Assembly: GCF_006345805.1 (NCBI RefSeq) | Contig: NC_043011.1 | Coordinates: 12,784,464-12,848,463 of the forward strand | Origin: Octopus sinensis | Taxonomy: Eukaryota | Length of the DNA: 64,000 bases | Reading direction: 5' to 3' | Part shown: positions 1 through 12,538 of the stretch, in pieces | Position numbering within the stretch: the first letter of the stretch is position 1 | Layout of the letters: each line of letters starts with the position of its first letter | Program-made: the position numbers and the translations under genes | Notes under the pieces: model-generated | The model's database searches: none | Told to the model about the DNA's origin: nothing | The model's input: the letters and a program-made list of their open reading frames with translations, nothing else

Positions 1-406
1 GCGGGGGTGTGTTTAGATTGTGATGTGGTTTCCAGTTTACGAGTTCAGGTATTCTTGTTAGATGTGTATTATGTATACTCACATTTAATATACAATATGA
101 ATTTTAAATGCACCAGAAAATCTTTCAATTTAGTGGCAGATGTTTTCACCTTTTATCTGTGCATGTATCAAGTGCACCACTATGATATCCAAAGGTACTT
201 GTCTGGAAAGCAGACTGCAATGACAGTCATTTAAGTCTTTTGAAACAGTGGAACAAATAAGGTGAACATTTTCTCTTCTCAGAGACACATTGATACAGAA
301 AATTTGATGGTAAAAAGATGAAGGTCATATGACAGAGCAATAAAGAGAAAGAGCGAGAAAAATTGAAAAAGAATTAAATACAAAAATATAAAATAAACTT
401 GGATTA

Positions 407-944
407 TCTCTATATATATATAAACGGCAAAATGTCTCTGTGTGTGTCCTTTATACAAATCCACAATTTTTCAGTTAGAGGGCTCACACTTTCTATGGTC
501 ATTCAAAACCGTCCAAGGACCAAAAGTGACAAGTGAAGCAGAATTATGGAAATGGATTTTAGGAGCCAAAAGAAGACTGGTAGAAATGAAAACAGGTGTT
601 AAAAGTTAACATGTTAATGGCGGTGCCCCAGCATGGCCACAGCTCGTGAGCTGAAACTAGATGAAATGAAAAATGAAATGAAAATGTTTGTCCAATACAA
701 TGAACAAATAGTGCCCAGTCACTCCGCAAAGACATTAAAAAAAATCAATAGAAGTGACTTTTTTGTGAATTTTCTATCCAAAACCCAATCAAAATGCCCA
801 AAACTTGATATGCCAATTGAATGCCAGCTAGCTGTATGTGATTGGTCAGAGATTTGGACAGTACTTGCGTGTATGTGCGCACGCACGCAGCTGTATATGC
901 ATGCACTAGCACTATGACCCGGCGTTGCTGGGTCATAGTGCAAG
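407..944 (+). mobile_element. Non-autonomous Helitron-like element, interrupted by later insertions
   Basis: Starts A|TCTCTATATATATAAACGGC. Ends with hairpin CACTATGACCCGGCGTTGCTGGGTCATAGTG then CAAG|T (CTAG variant). Homologous to the cleaner copy at 54050-54320. Confidence 0.65.
619..700 (+). mobile_element. LINE/SINE 3' tail fragment (L2/CR1-type stem-loop tail)
   Basis: GGCGGTGCCCCAGCATGGCCAC-AGCTC-GT-GAGCT-GAAAC followed by (GAAAT)n-like repeats. Same core as the LINE tail at ~14705-14745 and the family A SINE tails. Confidence 0.55.
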
Positions 945-1074
945 TAATTTTTTTAAATGTTTGTATGAAACAAAGAGAAAGAGAGAGAGTCTGTGTGTGT
1001 GTGTGTGTGTTTGTCTATGAATGCATACATGTACATTCACTAAGGATAGATGAATGACTTTTAAAGTCTTACCA

Positions 1075-1315
1075 GTTCTATCCGCAAGCTGAAAGTTAAC
1101 AAATTCAAGGAGAAATTTTGTCATGCAGGTTGTTGTACACCAGGGCTCAGTTCTGAGTCTACTTCTGTTTATTATAATCCTCCAGGTCATAACAGAGAAA
1201 TTAAAAACAGGCTATCCTTGGGAACTCTTGTGTATCAAAGACCTACTTCTTATAGTTTAATTAGAGACAGATTCCCAACTTGGAAGCAAAACCTAAAGTT
1301 GAGTTGCCTCAAAAC
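1075..1315 (+). mobile_element. RTE-clade LINE reverse transcriptase remnant
   Basis: Frameshifted translation VVHQGSVLSLLLFIIILQVITEKLKTGYPWELLCIKDL...FPTWKQNL resembles RTE GVHQGSVLSPLLF...PWELLYADDL. Confidence 0.75.
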
Positions 1316-1462
1316 TATCCACTGCCTTTGGTCGAAAATTTCGACCACAGGATTTATCGTTTGTAAGCCTCGTACTTATTCTATCACTGTCTTTTGCTGA
1401 ACACTGCTAGGTTAGGGGAACGTCAACACAGCAACATTAGTTGTCAAGCAATGGTGGGGGTA

Positions 1463-1465
1463 TGA

Positions 1466-1496
<31 letters not shown>

Positions 1497-1735
1497 CACA
1501 CACACATATATACACATATATACAACAGTCTTCTTTCTACACACATATATATGTACATGTACACATATATATGAACGCACACACATATATACATATACAC
1601 ACACACATATATATGCACATATATAAATAAATATACACATTTATACATTTATACATTAATATATACATATATATATATACACACATGTATACACATATAT
1701 ATATATATAATGGTATAAATATATACACATATATA
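1463..1735. repeat. Compound (CA)n/(TA)n/(TACA)n microsatellite
   Basis: Direct inspection. Confidence 0.95.
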
Positions 1736-2469
1736 TAGAGTCCAACAAATTATATTTATGTGTATCCTTCAAATGCCTTCACTTTGGCGCGCTGAGATCG
1801 GAAATCTATTATTTTTAACACTTTGGTTGGTGCTGAGTTTTTATTTGAGAACACATTCTTCGTGGAAAATAGCGATTTTGACGTCTATATCTAGCATGTT
1901 GACCGTCCACTTTTAGTGGTCAGTCCTTTAAATTTTGTATGTAAAAATATTTTAATCTTCGGATTTTTTTAATATGCTAGGCCACTGGTTTTAATTGAGT
2001 AATATCAATTTCTACCCTTATTAAATTTTAAATAATAAAAAATGTTCTCTAGCCGGTAAATTGACTGCTGCAGTTTATTAACTGCAGGGTAGATTTCCGA
2101 TCTCAGTGCGCCAAAGTGAAGGCATTTGAAGGATACACATAAATATAATTTGTTGGACTCTATGCATGCGAGACTCTGGTCAAACGTTTTTGTATCTAGT
2201 CCTGCAAATTGTATTTCTATACGACAGACTATGCTGACGAGATTGCAGATTTCCATGTATCCATATGCGTGGATATTAACAATTGAAACTGATCAGTACA
2301 CAGGTAATCGTTTTTGATTTCGTATATTTTCATTTGTCTTGCTTATTTTTAACACTTTGGTTGGTGCTGAGTTTTTATTGGAGAACACATTCTTTGTGGA
2401 AAATAGCGATTTTGACGTCTATATCTAGCATGTTGACCATCCACTTTTAGTGGTCAGTCCTTTAAATTT

Positions 2470-2474
<5 letters not shown>
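1736..2474. mobile_element. Penelope-like terminal (pLTR-type) composite with inverted and direct repeats
   Basis: 73-bp inverted repeat 1736-1808/2090-2162, 132-bp direct repeat 1809-1940/2343-2474, HHR motif at 2229-2303, (TA)n on both sides. Confidence 0.65.
2229..2303 (+). ncRNA. Type I hammerhead ribozyme motif
   Basis: CTATG-CTGACGA-GATTG...CAATT-GAAAC-TGATCA-GTA^CACAG. Intact core, palindromic stem III ACTGATCAGT, one stem I mismatch. Confidence 0.75.
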
Positions 2475-2500
<26 letters not shown>

Positions 2501-2505
<5 letters not shown>

Positions 2506-2668
2506 GAAAAAAAGCACCTTTTATCAATTCAAAATGAACAATTAAATTACATCATCCAGAAAATTACATAAATTAGAAATTTTTTTATATTTCTAATATA
2601 TGTAATTTTCTGGATGGTGTAATTTAATTGTTCATTTTGAATTGATAAAAGGTGGGTTTTTTCTAATT
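2501..2668. repeat. Imperfect palindrome (~80-bp arms) between (TA)n tracts
   Basis: AATTAGAAAAAAAGCACCTTTTATCAATTCAAAATGAAC... mirrored by ...GTTCATTTTGAATTGATAAAAGGTGGGTTTTTTCTAATT. Confidence 0.85.
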
Positions 2669-4107
2669 TTTTATATATATATTACATTGTGAGAAATTTG
2701 ATTTAGTATTTCTAAATTGAATTTTCTCCCTGTAAGTTTGGATTTATATTTCCTCAAATAATAATAATATATATATTATGAGAGAGAGAGAGAGAGAGAG
2801 AGAGTGAGAGAGAGACCTGCATCTGTACATATAAGAATCCACCATGTTATGGGATTAATGCATTCTTGAAAAAGTTGTCATAACACAAAATTTCATAGCA
2901 TAAAATTATTTTCTCATTGACTTTCAAGTTATAAAGTTATAAAGTATTTCAACAGATTTGTTTTCGAAACAAGAAGGAAAATAAAGAACCCTCACACACA
3001 CACAAAAGAAAACCCACTAATGGAAGTGATACCTCTTTGATGCCAGAAAATAGCAACTTCTAAAGATGCAGAGTACAATAAATATGAAAACACTTGAAAA
3101 GAAAACTGCATTAGAGATTAAATATGAATTGTAATATTGTAATAAAGTAGGTTTCACCTGCAAAAGATGTTGACTACTCTGTGAGAGAAAGTGGTTTTGT
3201 AATGAGTTAGTGTGTGGATGAGAAACACTGTCTTCTATTTAGTAGTTCAGTTTAATCGACATCTAATTGAGGGGTGAAGATTTTAATTCAAAATTCCTTG
3301 AAGTTTATGGCACTTCATGTTTATGATGCAGCATCTCTTTGTGCAGCTCAGTGTTTCAACTGAACTTATTACAGACTCCTACAGTAATTTCCCGACTAAC
3401 ATTCTTATCAGGAAAAAAATTGGCAGGCCTTCTTCTAAAGTGCCCGTCGAAATGGGAATAATGCATGACAATATAGAGAAAATAAAGTACGCAAGAAGCT
3501 TATTTAAATTCATTGAGTGACATTGTCTAAAGAGTGCAGTGCTTTGTTAGAAATACTGTGTCTGGCCCTGTACCTTTCTACAGCAGGACAGAAGTGTATG
3601 TGACCCACTCTTTGAAAAAGCTCTTAGTTATCTATGTCTTCTGATTTAAATGCTAAATCCTTAATTTTCTATAACTCTTCAAAGCCCATGGTTTTTTGGA
3701 ATGAAACACAAGAAGGGGTTTTAACTTCATAGAAGAATCATCAGAGATTTTTGGAAAATTTAAGTCTTGATGTTGATTTTTCTTCTCATGGTGAAAAATG
3801 AACTTAGCTTAAAGCAGGCATAACCTTCCAGATAAGTGCATTTTCATTAACCTGTATACCTGCTCTGATGTTCAGTCTCCTTCAGCAAAACTTTTTCAGC
3901 TGTTAAGGATAATTAGCATCATTCTTTGTATCAGTGCTGGCAGCTTCACCTGTCATTTTTATGCTGTACAAATTAAAACACTTCTCACACCTTTCGAACC
4001 AGTCTTTTTTTTTTTTTAGTCACAGATTTTCCATTAGAAATTTCACCTTTTTTCAGTACTTCATCATACAAACTTTTTGACTTTTTTAAAAATTTCCATC
4101 ATGCTTA

Positions 4108-4345
4108 TCATCACATCATCATCATCATCATCGTTTAACGTCCGCTTTCCATGCTAGCATAGGTTGGACGATTTTGACTGAGGGCTGGCAAAGCAGATGG
4201 CTGCACCAGGCTCCAGTCTTAATCTGGCAGAATTTCTACAACTGGATGCCCTTCCTAATGCCAACCACTCCGAGAGTGTAGTGGGTGCTTTTTACGTGCC
4301 ACCGGCACGGGGGCCAGTCAGGCGGTACTGGCACAGTATGTCAAA
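4108..4345 (-). mobile_element. RTE-type LINE 3' tail / derived short element
   Basis: GGACGTTAAACG(ATG)n tail plus GGATGCCCTTCCTAATGCCAACC block. Related copies at 19565-19740, 21840-22110 and 32580-33015. Confidence 0.6.
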
Positions 4346-4414
4346 TTCCATCTTCAATTCATACACTCCAGAGCCATCCCATTTTAAGTATTATATTAGA
4401 TCTATGAAAATATA

Positions 4415-4650
4415 TATTTCTTTACTACCCACAAGGGGCTAAACACAGAGGGGACAAACAAGAACAGACAAAGGGATTTAGTTGATTACATCGACCCCAG
4501 TGCGTAAATGGTACTTAATTTATCGACCCTGAAAAGATTAAAGGCAAAGTCGACCTCGGCGGAATTTGAACTCGGAACGTAACGACAGACGAAATACGGC
4601 TACGCATTTCACCCGGTGTGCGAACATTTATGCCAGCTCGCCGCCTTCTT
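4415..4650 (-). mobile_element. tRNA-derived SINE, family B, with 16-bp TSD
   Basis: Head GGCGGCGAGCTGGC..GTTCGAGTTCAAATTCC-like, central GCCTTTAATCTTTTCAGGGTCGATAAATTAAGTACC. TSD GATCTATGAAAATATA at 4399-4414 and 4651-4666. Confidence 0.9.
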
Positions 4651-5410
4651 GATCTATGAAAATATAAGATCCAAGTAGTTAATGGAATAACTTCTTCAGT
4701 ACTTTATTTTCTCCATATTGTCATGTATTAATTATTTCCATTTAGATATCGCAAACTTTAATGTTTTGGCAATGTGGCAGAGTTTATTCTCCAACATCAA
4801 ATCTTTTTACATCAAAGTTAATATCCAATATAATCCTTTTACTGTTCTTTTATGCACTGCTGCCTTCAGTTCCTCTTGCTGGTTTCTACCCAAACATCTT
4901 GAATTTTAGGTAAATCTGACAGCGGTAGTGATCAACAATAATCCACAACAAATATGTATGGTGAGAGTAAAATATTGTTGTCTTATTCCGATGGATGTAA
5001 ATATGGAAATGAGATGAAGTGGAAGAAGTTTGGTTACAGTTAGTTGAAGGTTTACCAGCTTCATGGGCACTTCACCCTTTCTGTCTCCAATTTGAGCCAT
5101 AAAATCTCACACACACACATGCATGCATGCACACACGTACACACACACATGTTAGTGTGTAGATGTACTACAACATATGTAGCTACAGTTATTTTCACCA
5201 TGCTGATACTGCTCTTGTTGTCAGTCCATAATTCAAATGTTGGTAGGTTGGTAGTTTTTGGCAATATTGGTTGTTCTGGTTTTGGTATTGGTATTAGTCA
5301 ACTTTATCCAAAATGGTTTTAATGCAATATTTACACACTATTATTTATATCATTAAAAAGAATCATTTCACATTCTCTCAAAGTTCATAAAAAATATTTG
5401 TATAAAATTG

Positions 5411-5630
5411 GTGGGGCTGTGTGGTAAGAAGCTTGCTTCCCAACCACATGGTTCTGGGTTCAGTCCCACTATGTGGCACCTTGGGCAAGTGTCTCCTACT
5501 ATAGCCTCGGGCTGACCAAAACCTTGTCAGTGGATTTGGTAGACAGAAAAGGAAATAAGCTCATCATATGTGTATGTGTGTGTGTTTGTCCTCCCCATCA
5601 CCACTTGACAACCAGTGCTACTGTGTTTAC
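5411..5630 (+). mobile_element. tRNA-derived SINE, family A (3'-truncated)
   Basis: GGCTGTGTGGTAAGAAGCTTGC..GGTTCAGTCCCAC head and CTTGGGCAAGTGTC block. Many other copies in the window. Confidence 0.85.
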
Positions 5631-6412
5631 ATCGTGTATACCCTCTCTGGGTGTTCCAAATGGCCATACACCATCGGTAAATGGATTGCATGAGGTGGTT
5701 CACAAAAGCTATTGGCACCTGTGCCCACACCCTGAGGAAAGCTGCCTCCAGTTCCTTGAGACCACCTGGTTCAGCCATCTCTGGATTTCATCCCACAGGT
5801 GTTCAATTGGGTTCAAATCCGGGCTGAGAGGCAGCCATGGCATGGTTCTGAATGGTCCCACAAGCTGTCGTGTTGGCTGGTCTGAAGTGATCATGGAAGT
5901 GTTGCCGATGGATGAAGTGGAGCTGCCTGGGCGTGGTCACCCATGGGCGCCCTCTGCAGGCACGTTCTGCAGTGCAGTGCTGTTGCAGGCGATAGATGGT
6001 GCTGACATCAACATTGTAAGCTTTTGCAACAACCAGGGCATGCTGCTCTGCTTGCAATCAGCCAATAGCGTGTTCTCTCTGCGCTGCTGACAATCGGGTC
6101 ATACTTGATGCGTCCAAGTTAAGAATGCCAGGAACGCATTTCAAGTTGACTTTTATACCCATACCTTCACGAAATGCACATGCATTTCAGTTTCCATGAC
6201 AATTGTTTGTGACTGCCACCCACGACATTCAGTACAGCTGCACTTTGGTGTCTCATTTCAGGGAAAGCTGAAAGGTTACCTGCAATTTGGGTCTCAGCCT
6301 TAAACCAGCATGTCTTGGAATATTTACACTTACATGCCTGAAATAATTTTCAGTATTTACCATATAAAAATGACATTTGAAAAAATCGCGTTTCTTTTGC
6401 GGTTCATACTAA
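5630..6412 (-). mobile_element. Internally deleted Tc1-like transposon
   Basis: HTH region VAKAYNVDVSTIYRL..RGRPWVTTPRQ joined directly to WLPLSPDLNPIEHLWDEI..RGYTR. The central DD segment is missing. Confidence 0.85.
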
Positions 6413-7202
6413 ACTTATATATACCACTAGAAACATAATTCTGTGGAATTGTCTAAGATAAAAATCTCTTCATAGAAAGGTGAAAAGCATCTGTTGTTCT
6501 TGCAAGTCATCTGTTGTTGTTGCTCTGATATGTATTGTGTTATTATACAAGTCTATGAAAACAGTTTATCTCAGACAATTGCACAGACTCATGCCCTCTG
6601 ATGGTATGTGTCATACATTTAGTATGATACACAGATGGTTGTATTTATGTGTGGATGTATGTATCATTTGCAGATTAAATTCAAGAATCCTTACAGCAAT
6701 AATTCTGTTTGACAAGACAAAGATGATTGTCAAAGAAAACAAATTTTATTTTCCTTCACTAATCAGCTTTACTTTGTGGAACACTAATTTCCCTGTAAGG
6801 ATTCTTGAATAAATATGCAGATTATATTACATTCAACTTGATATATCTTGTAATCGGTACTTATATTAATTGATGTCAATGTCAAGTTCATAAATATAAT
6901 ACCTACAAACACACACACACACACACATTCACTATATTCACAGTAGAGGGTGATGATGATGACAGCAATGATGCTAAAGATATGTATTATAGTGTATGTG
7001 AGTGTTATAGCAAAATAAATAATGCACAAATCAGCAGCCATATTTCAGCTTCAAGTTACACAAAGAAACACAAGCCATTCGCTAATATTTCCCTAAGATA
7101 TTCCCAACGTTTTTGACAAAAACATATAAGAAAACCTTAAAAGGAAATAAAATGCAAACTAAAGATCCACTATAATCTATTATATAATTCCAAATATTAG
7201 AC

Positions 7203-7673
7203 ACAGACATGGCTGTGTGGTAAGAAGCTCACTACCCAATCAAATGGTTCCAGGTTCAGTCCCATTGTACAGCGCCTTGGGCAGGTGTCTTCCACTTGGC
7301 CAATCAAAACCTTGTGGGTGGTGGATTTCATAGACAGAAACTGAAAGAAGCCCATTGTATATATATATATATATCACTGTGATCACCGTGACCGACCAGG
7401 CTATCAGATGTTGCTACACATCGCTGGTCACAATGTGCATCACATTGTTTTAGCCTTCAAATGACGCCACACCGCTGGCTAAGCGAGCAGGCCAACAGAA
7501 GAAAGAGTGAGAGAAAGTTGTGGCGAAAGAGTACAGCAGGGATCGCCACCCCACCCCCTGCCAGAGCCTCGTGGAGCTTTAGGTATTTTCGCTCAATAAA
7601 CACTCACAACGCCCGGTCTGGGAATCGAAACCGCAAGTCCGCTGCCCTAACCACTAGGCCATTGCGCCTCCAC
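7203..7673. mobile_element. Tail-to-tail SINE pair: family A 5' part (+, 7203-7360) and family C (-, 7373-7673)
   Basis: Family C head GTGGAGGCGCAATGGCCTAGTGGTTAGGGCAGCGGAC..GTTTCGATTCCC on the minus strand. Confidence 0.85.
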
Positions 7674-7964
7674 ATATATATAGATGTGTGTGTGTGTGTG
7701 TGTGTGTATAGAAGCGACACACACACACTCACACCCACACACACACTCACACCCACACACTCACACCCACACACACACATACCTACATCTATCTACATAA
7801 CAGCCCACTATCTATTCTACTCTACCTGTGTAAACTGAGGGTATAGAGGTATGATATCTACTATGTATATTTCCTATTAGTATGAATATGTATGAAAGCA
7901 TATGGATATGAAAATAAACAGATCAATATACAGACGGTTAGGTACATAGGTTATATGAACAGAC

Positions 7965-8420
7965 AATCAAGCATACGCAAATGGAGACTGAAACACATGA
8001 CCATATATACACACACACTTTACTCCACACAAGGACACATATGGAGACATGGGTCCACACATATAGAGATGCCCATCCATACATACAAACATGGTACATA
8101 GTTGCAAAACACACACACTCACACGGTGCATACATATACAAATATACAAACACATGCTCACACACACACATACATAGAAAATACACAAACACGGACATGA
8201 AAACACATGAATATGCAGTTGCATACACATACATACAGTTGCCCACACATACATACATATATACATATACATACACACACATGCATACACACACATGTAT
8301 ACATATACACACATGTATACATACACACACATGCATACATACATACATACATACATACATACATACATACATGCATGCATGCATAGGCACAGACACACAC
8401 ACACACTGACCCACACACAT
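7965..8420. repeat. Degenerate (CA)n/(CATA)n microsatellite field
   Basis: Direct inspection. Source of the H/T/Y-rich spurious ORFs. Confidence 0.9.
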
Positions 8421-8749
8421 GCGCACCAACAAACAAAAGGGAACGCAGTGTAAATAACGGAGAGTCAAGACTATTGAAAAGGTTGCAAGACACAACGAAA
8501 ATTTTAGGAAAATAAAAATAAGAAATAAGTGGAAATTTTACCGGTGAGTGTTAAATTCTAAGGCACAAAAAGAAAATGACTCCCCCCCCCCGACACAACA
8601 GAATATGCTTCAGCACACGAACTTACATAAAGAATCTTGAAAACCAAATCTCAAAATGAAATATATATATATATATATATACATGGGCTCCTCGCGAGCG
8701 TTTGTCAAAAAGCTGGCTGTGCATTTTGTTGGAGAATTAAGTTCCTGGA

Positions 8750-8833
8750 TTTTCCTGAAGAGAAGGCCGCAAAATGGTCTCCTTATTCAATCCGAATTAG
8801 GGACTTTGCAGCCTTTGAAACATATGTAGAAAA
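8750..8833 (+). ncRNA. Type I hammerhead ribozyme motif, apparently intact
   Basis: TTTTC-CTGAAGA-GAAGGCCGC...GCAGCCTTT-GAAAC-ATAT-GTA^GAAAA. Perfect 5-bp stem I, 9-bp stem II with one mismatch, palindromic stem III ACATATGT. Confidence 0.85.
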
Positions 8834-8886
8834 TAATAAAAAGGAATTTTGTTAAATCTTCGTTCAGCTCCATTTCTTCCTACACT

Positions 8887-10122
<1,236 letters not shown>

Positions 10123-10124
10123 AT

Positions 10125-10285
10125 TGCAACTGGTGTTGGTGTGTTTACATCCCTGTAACTTAGCAATTCAGGAAAAAAGACCAGTATTATTAGTACCAGG
10201 CTTAAAAATAAAAAATAAGTATTGGAGTCGATTTGTTCAACTAAAAATTCTTCAAGGTGGTGCCCCCAGTATGGCCACAGTCTAA
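10125..10285 (+). mobile_element. SINE family A 3' tail
   Basis: GGTGTGTTTACATCCCTGTAACTTAGC...GGTGCCCCCAGTATGGCCACAGTC. Confidence 0.8.
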
Positions 10286-11059
10286 TGGCTTAAACAAGCA
10301 AAAGGTATTAAATCAAGACCCTTATACAATACTGACAAAACCTGACATTTTTGTGATTGCTGATTCATGCCAAGCCCACCTCACCTCCATCTAAACTATG
10401 CTGATGAGACAAAGGCCATTCATTTTTAGCATTCTTTGTGACATTATTACTTTTCTGTTAAGTCTAATACTGAAACTAATTTGTATCACTATGTAAACCA
10501 GTCAAACAATAAGTGAAAAAAACAGCTAAGACTATCAATAAAGATTGTATTCAGCAGATTTGACAAGGAAACAACATATCAAAGCTGTCTTGAATTCACA
10601 TGTTAAAGAAACTGTCTTGAGAAACTGCTCAGTGGGAATATTGGACTTAAAGAAAAATATTGGAAATTTGTTTCAAATAATCTGACATTTCAATAGTGTT
10701 ATCATCAAGTATTAAGATAACAATACTTTAGCATTTGCAAAGAAAAGCTTTTCAACTAGGTTCCAAATTGTTTTTGAACAACCACAAACAAAAACTACAT
10801 AGTAAAGATATGCAGATATGGAAGCATGATATGGAAGCATGAAGAAGTGATCATCAATCAAATATCTTTTATCTTTTACTTGTTTCAGTCATTAGACCAT
10901 GGCCATGCTGGGGCACCACCATTGAAGAATTATTAGTCAAATGAATTGACACCAGTATTTTTTTGTGTGTGTTTGACCCTTCTGTCCAGCACAAGTCGCC
11001 ATGATAGATCATTAGCCACTACACACATTTTTTTTTCTCTCCTTGTTTTTTCTGTGTCC

Positions 11060-11095
11060 CTTTCTGTAGAAGAGCATAGGCTCGAAACATAAAAG
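11060..11095 (+). ncRNA. Degenerate minimal HHR-like motif in a PLE-type terminal fragment
   Basis: CTTT-CTGTAGA-AGAGC-ATAG-GCTC-GAAAC-ATA-AAAG. A6 is T and stem III reads ACAT instead of ACGT. Confidence 0.5.
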
Positions 11096-11733
11096 ACTTT
11101 TTCTATTCCTGAGCGTTATACTAATACATCTGTTTGTTTTGTACACCACCTGTCTTCGTGTTTTGTTTTTTTCGTAAACTCTCCCTTTTTTTTTAAAGCC
11201 TGGTACTTATTTTATCAGTCTCTTTTGTTAAACAGCTAAGTCATAGGACATAAATATACCAGCATCAGTTATCAAGCAGTTAAAAGCAATCCAATTGTGT
11301 CCATCTTGTCTGTTTAAAGTTATCTTGGATTACATTTTTTAATGTAGCAGGTTTGACTGCTATTTTTAACAGGCTGAGCAACTACACAGTATAATAAGGT
11401 TTACAAGACTGAAATAAAATGTTTAATTTCAGAATCTGACTCTGTGGTTTAATGGTAAATTTCAATTAAGTTGCATTTGGGAAAGAAGGATTAAAGGATA
11501 AAAGAATTATAGATAAATAAATTAGAAATGTAGGGAGTGAAAGAGAGTAAGAGAGAATGGTGCAGTAGAGACAGAGAGTGAGGGAAAGATGTGTTGAAAG
11601 CAGAAAGCAAGAAAGAGATCGGAAGTGCAGAAGAATGTGTGTGTGTGTGTGTGTGTGTGTATGTACCGCGTGTGCACCATTGGCGATTTGTTTTTCTTCC
11701 GTCTTCCCTTCTTTGGATCTTTCCTTTCCCTAT

Positions 11734-11768
11734 GTTTCTGACGAAGAGCTCCGCTCGAAACATTAAAC
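11734..11768 (+). ncRNA. Degenerate minimal HHR-like motif
   Basis: GTTT-CTGACGA-AGAGC-TCC-GCTC-GAAAC-ATT-AAAC. Core intact, 4-bp stem I, stem III ACGT changed to ACAT. Confidence 0.6.
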
Positions 11769-11859
11769 CCTCCTTCTTTCCTTATCGTCCAATAATACTA
11801 TATTTGTTCCACGTCCTCGCATTGTTGTGTTTTCTCTTTGTGTTTTCATGTTTGGATTA

Positions 11860-11900
<41 letters not shown>

Positions 11901-11929
11901 GAAAAAAGCAACAAGAATGGATCAATATA

Positions 11930-12014
11930 TCGGTACAATTGTTTCGTACGAAGACATCTTTAATAAGGCTACAAAAATTGCAGTAAATATAGGTGACTCG
12001 TACTCATCAGCCGA
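11930..12014 (-). ncRNA. Type I hammerhead ribozyme motif, intact
   Basis: Minus strand TCGG-CTGATGA-GTACGA...TCGTAC-GAAAC-AATT-GTA^CCGA. Canonical core, perfect stem I and stem II, palindromic ACAATTGT. Confidence 0.88.
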
Positions 12015-12268
12015 AAAAACATCTGAGATTCCCAAACATCAAAGGGGGTGATGTTACACTCGTGAAACATCATGGAAAGTTCTATAAAAATGAGATTTAG
12101 ATAACAAATTGGTTTCTAAAAGTTCTATTAGTATTACACAGTCATATATCAGGTTTTTAAAAAATTTTTTTCAAAACCTCTTAGTTTTCTCATTTTTATA
12201 GAACTTTCCATGATGTTTCACGAGTGTAACATCACCCCCTTTGATGTTTGGGAATCTCAGATGTTTTT

Positions 12269-12353
12269 TCAGCTGATGAGTACGAGTCACCTATATTTAC
12301 TGCAATTTTTGTAGCCTTATTAAAGATGTCTTCGTACAAAACAATTGTACCGA
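12269..12353 (+). ncRNA. Hammerhead motif with a G12A core mutation (likely dead)
   Basis: TCAG-CTGATGA-GTACGA...TCGTAC-AAAAC-AATT-GTA-CCGA. G>A at 12338 plus a stem I mismatch. Confidence 0.8.
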
Positions 12354-12504
12354 TATATTGATCCATTCTTGTTGCTTTTTTCCTATTTATAATCACCCCA
12401 CTTTGTCATATGGTTAACACCATATAGATTTCTGGTGCATCCAAGTTAAGTACCATATTCATGTGAATTCAACAGAACTCACTTGAATCTTAATTGCTTA
12501 TACC

Positions 12505-12537
<33 letters not shown>

Positions 12538-12538
<1 letters not shown>

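Larger units (their letters stand above)
3040..4880 (-). mobile_element. Decayed Tigger/pogo transposase, split by later retro-insertions
   Basis: Minus-strand pieces: LCHIAKTLKFAIS..IHDNMEKIK (N-terminal HTH, ~4690-4850), KMTGEAASTD...NENALIWKVMP (~3830-3960), LKPLLVFHSKKPWALK and FCPAVERY..NKAL..LDN (DDE_1-like). Many stops and frameshifts. Confidence 0.75.
11892..12391. repeat. Inverted repeat, 204-bp arms with 92-bp spacer, each arm carrying an HHR
   Basis: 11892-12095 is the reverse complement of 12188-12391 with two substitutions seen. (TA)n on the left. Confidence 0.95.

Noticed and set aside
5473-6090. 205-aa plus-strand ORF
   Set aside because: SINE sequence fused to the antisense of a Tc1 transposase remnant.
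6430-6795. Minus-strand exon-like stretch faintly resembling a GT13 C-terminus
   Set aside because: About nine stops in the best frame, and its phase link depended on the rejected 13875-14147 exon.
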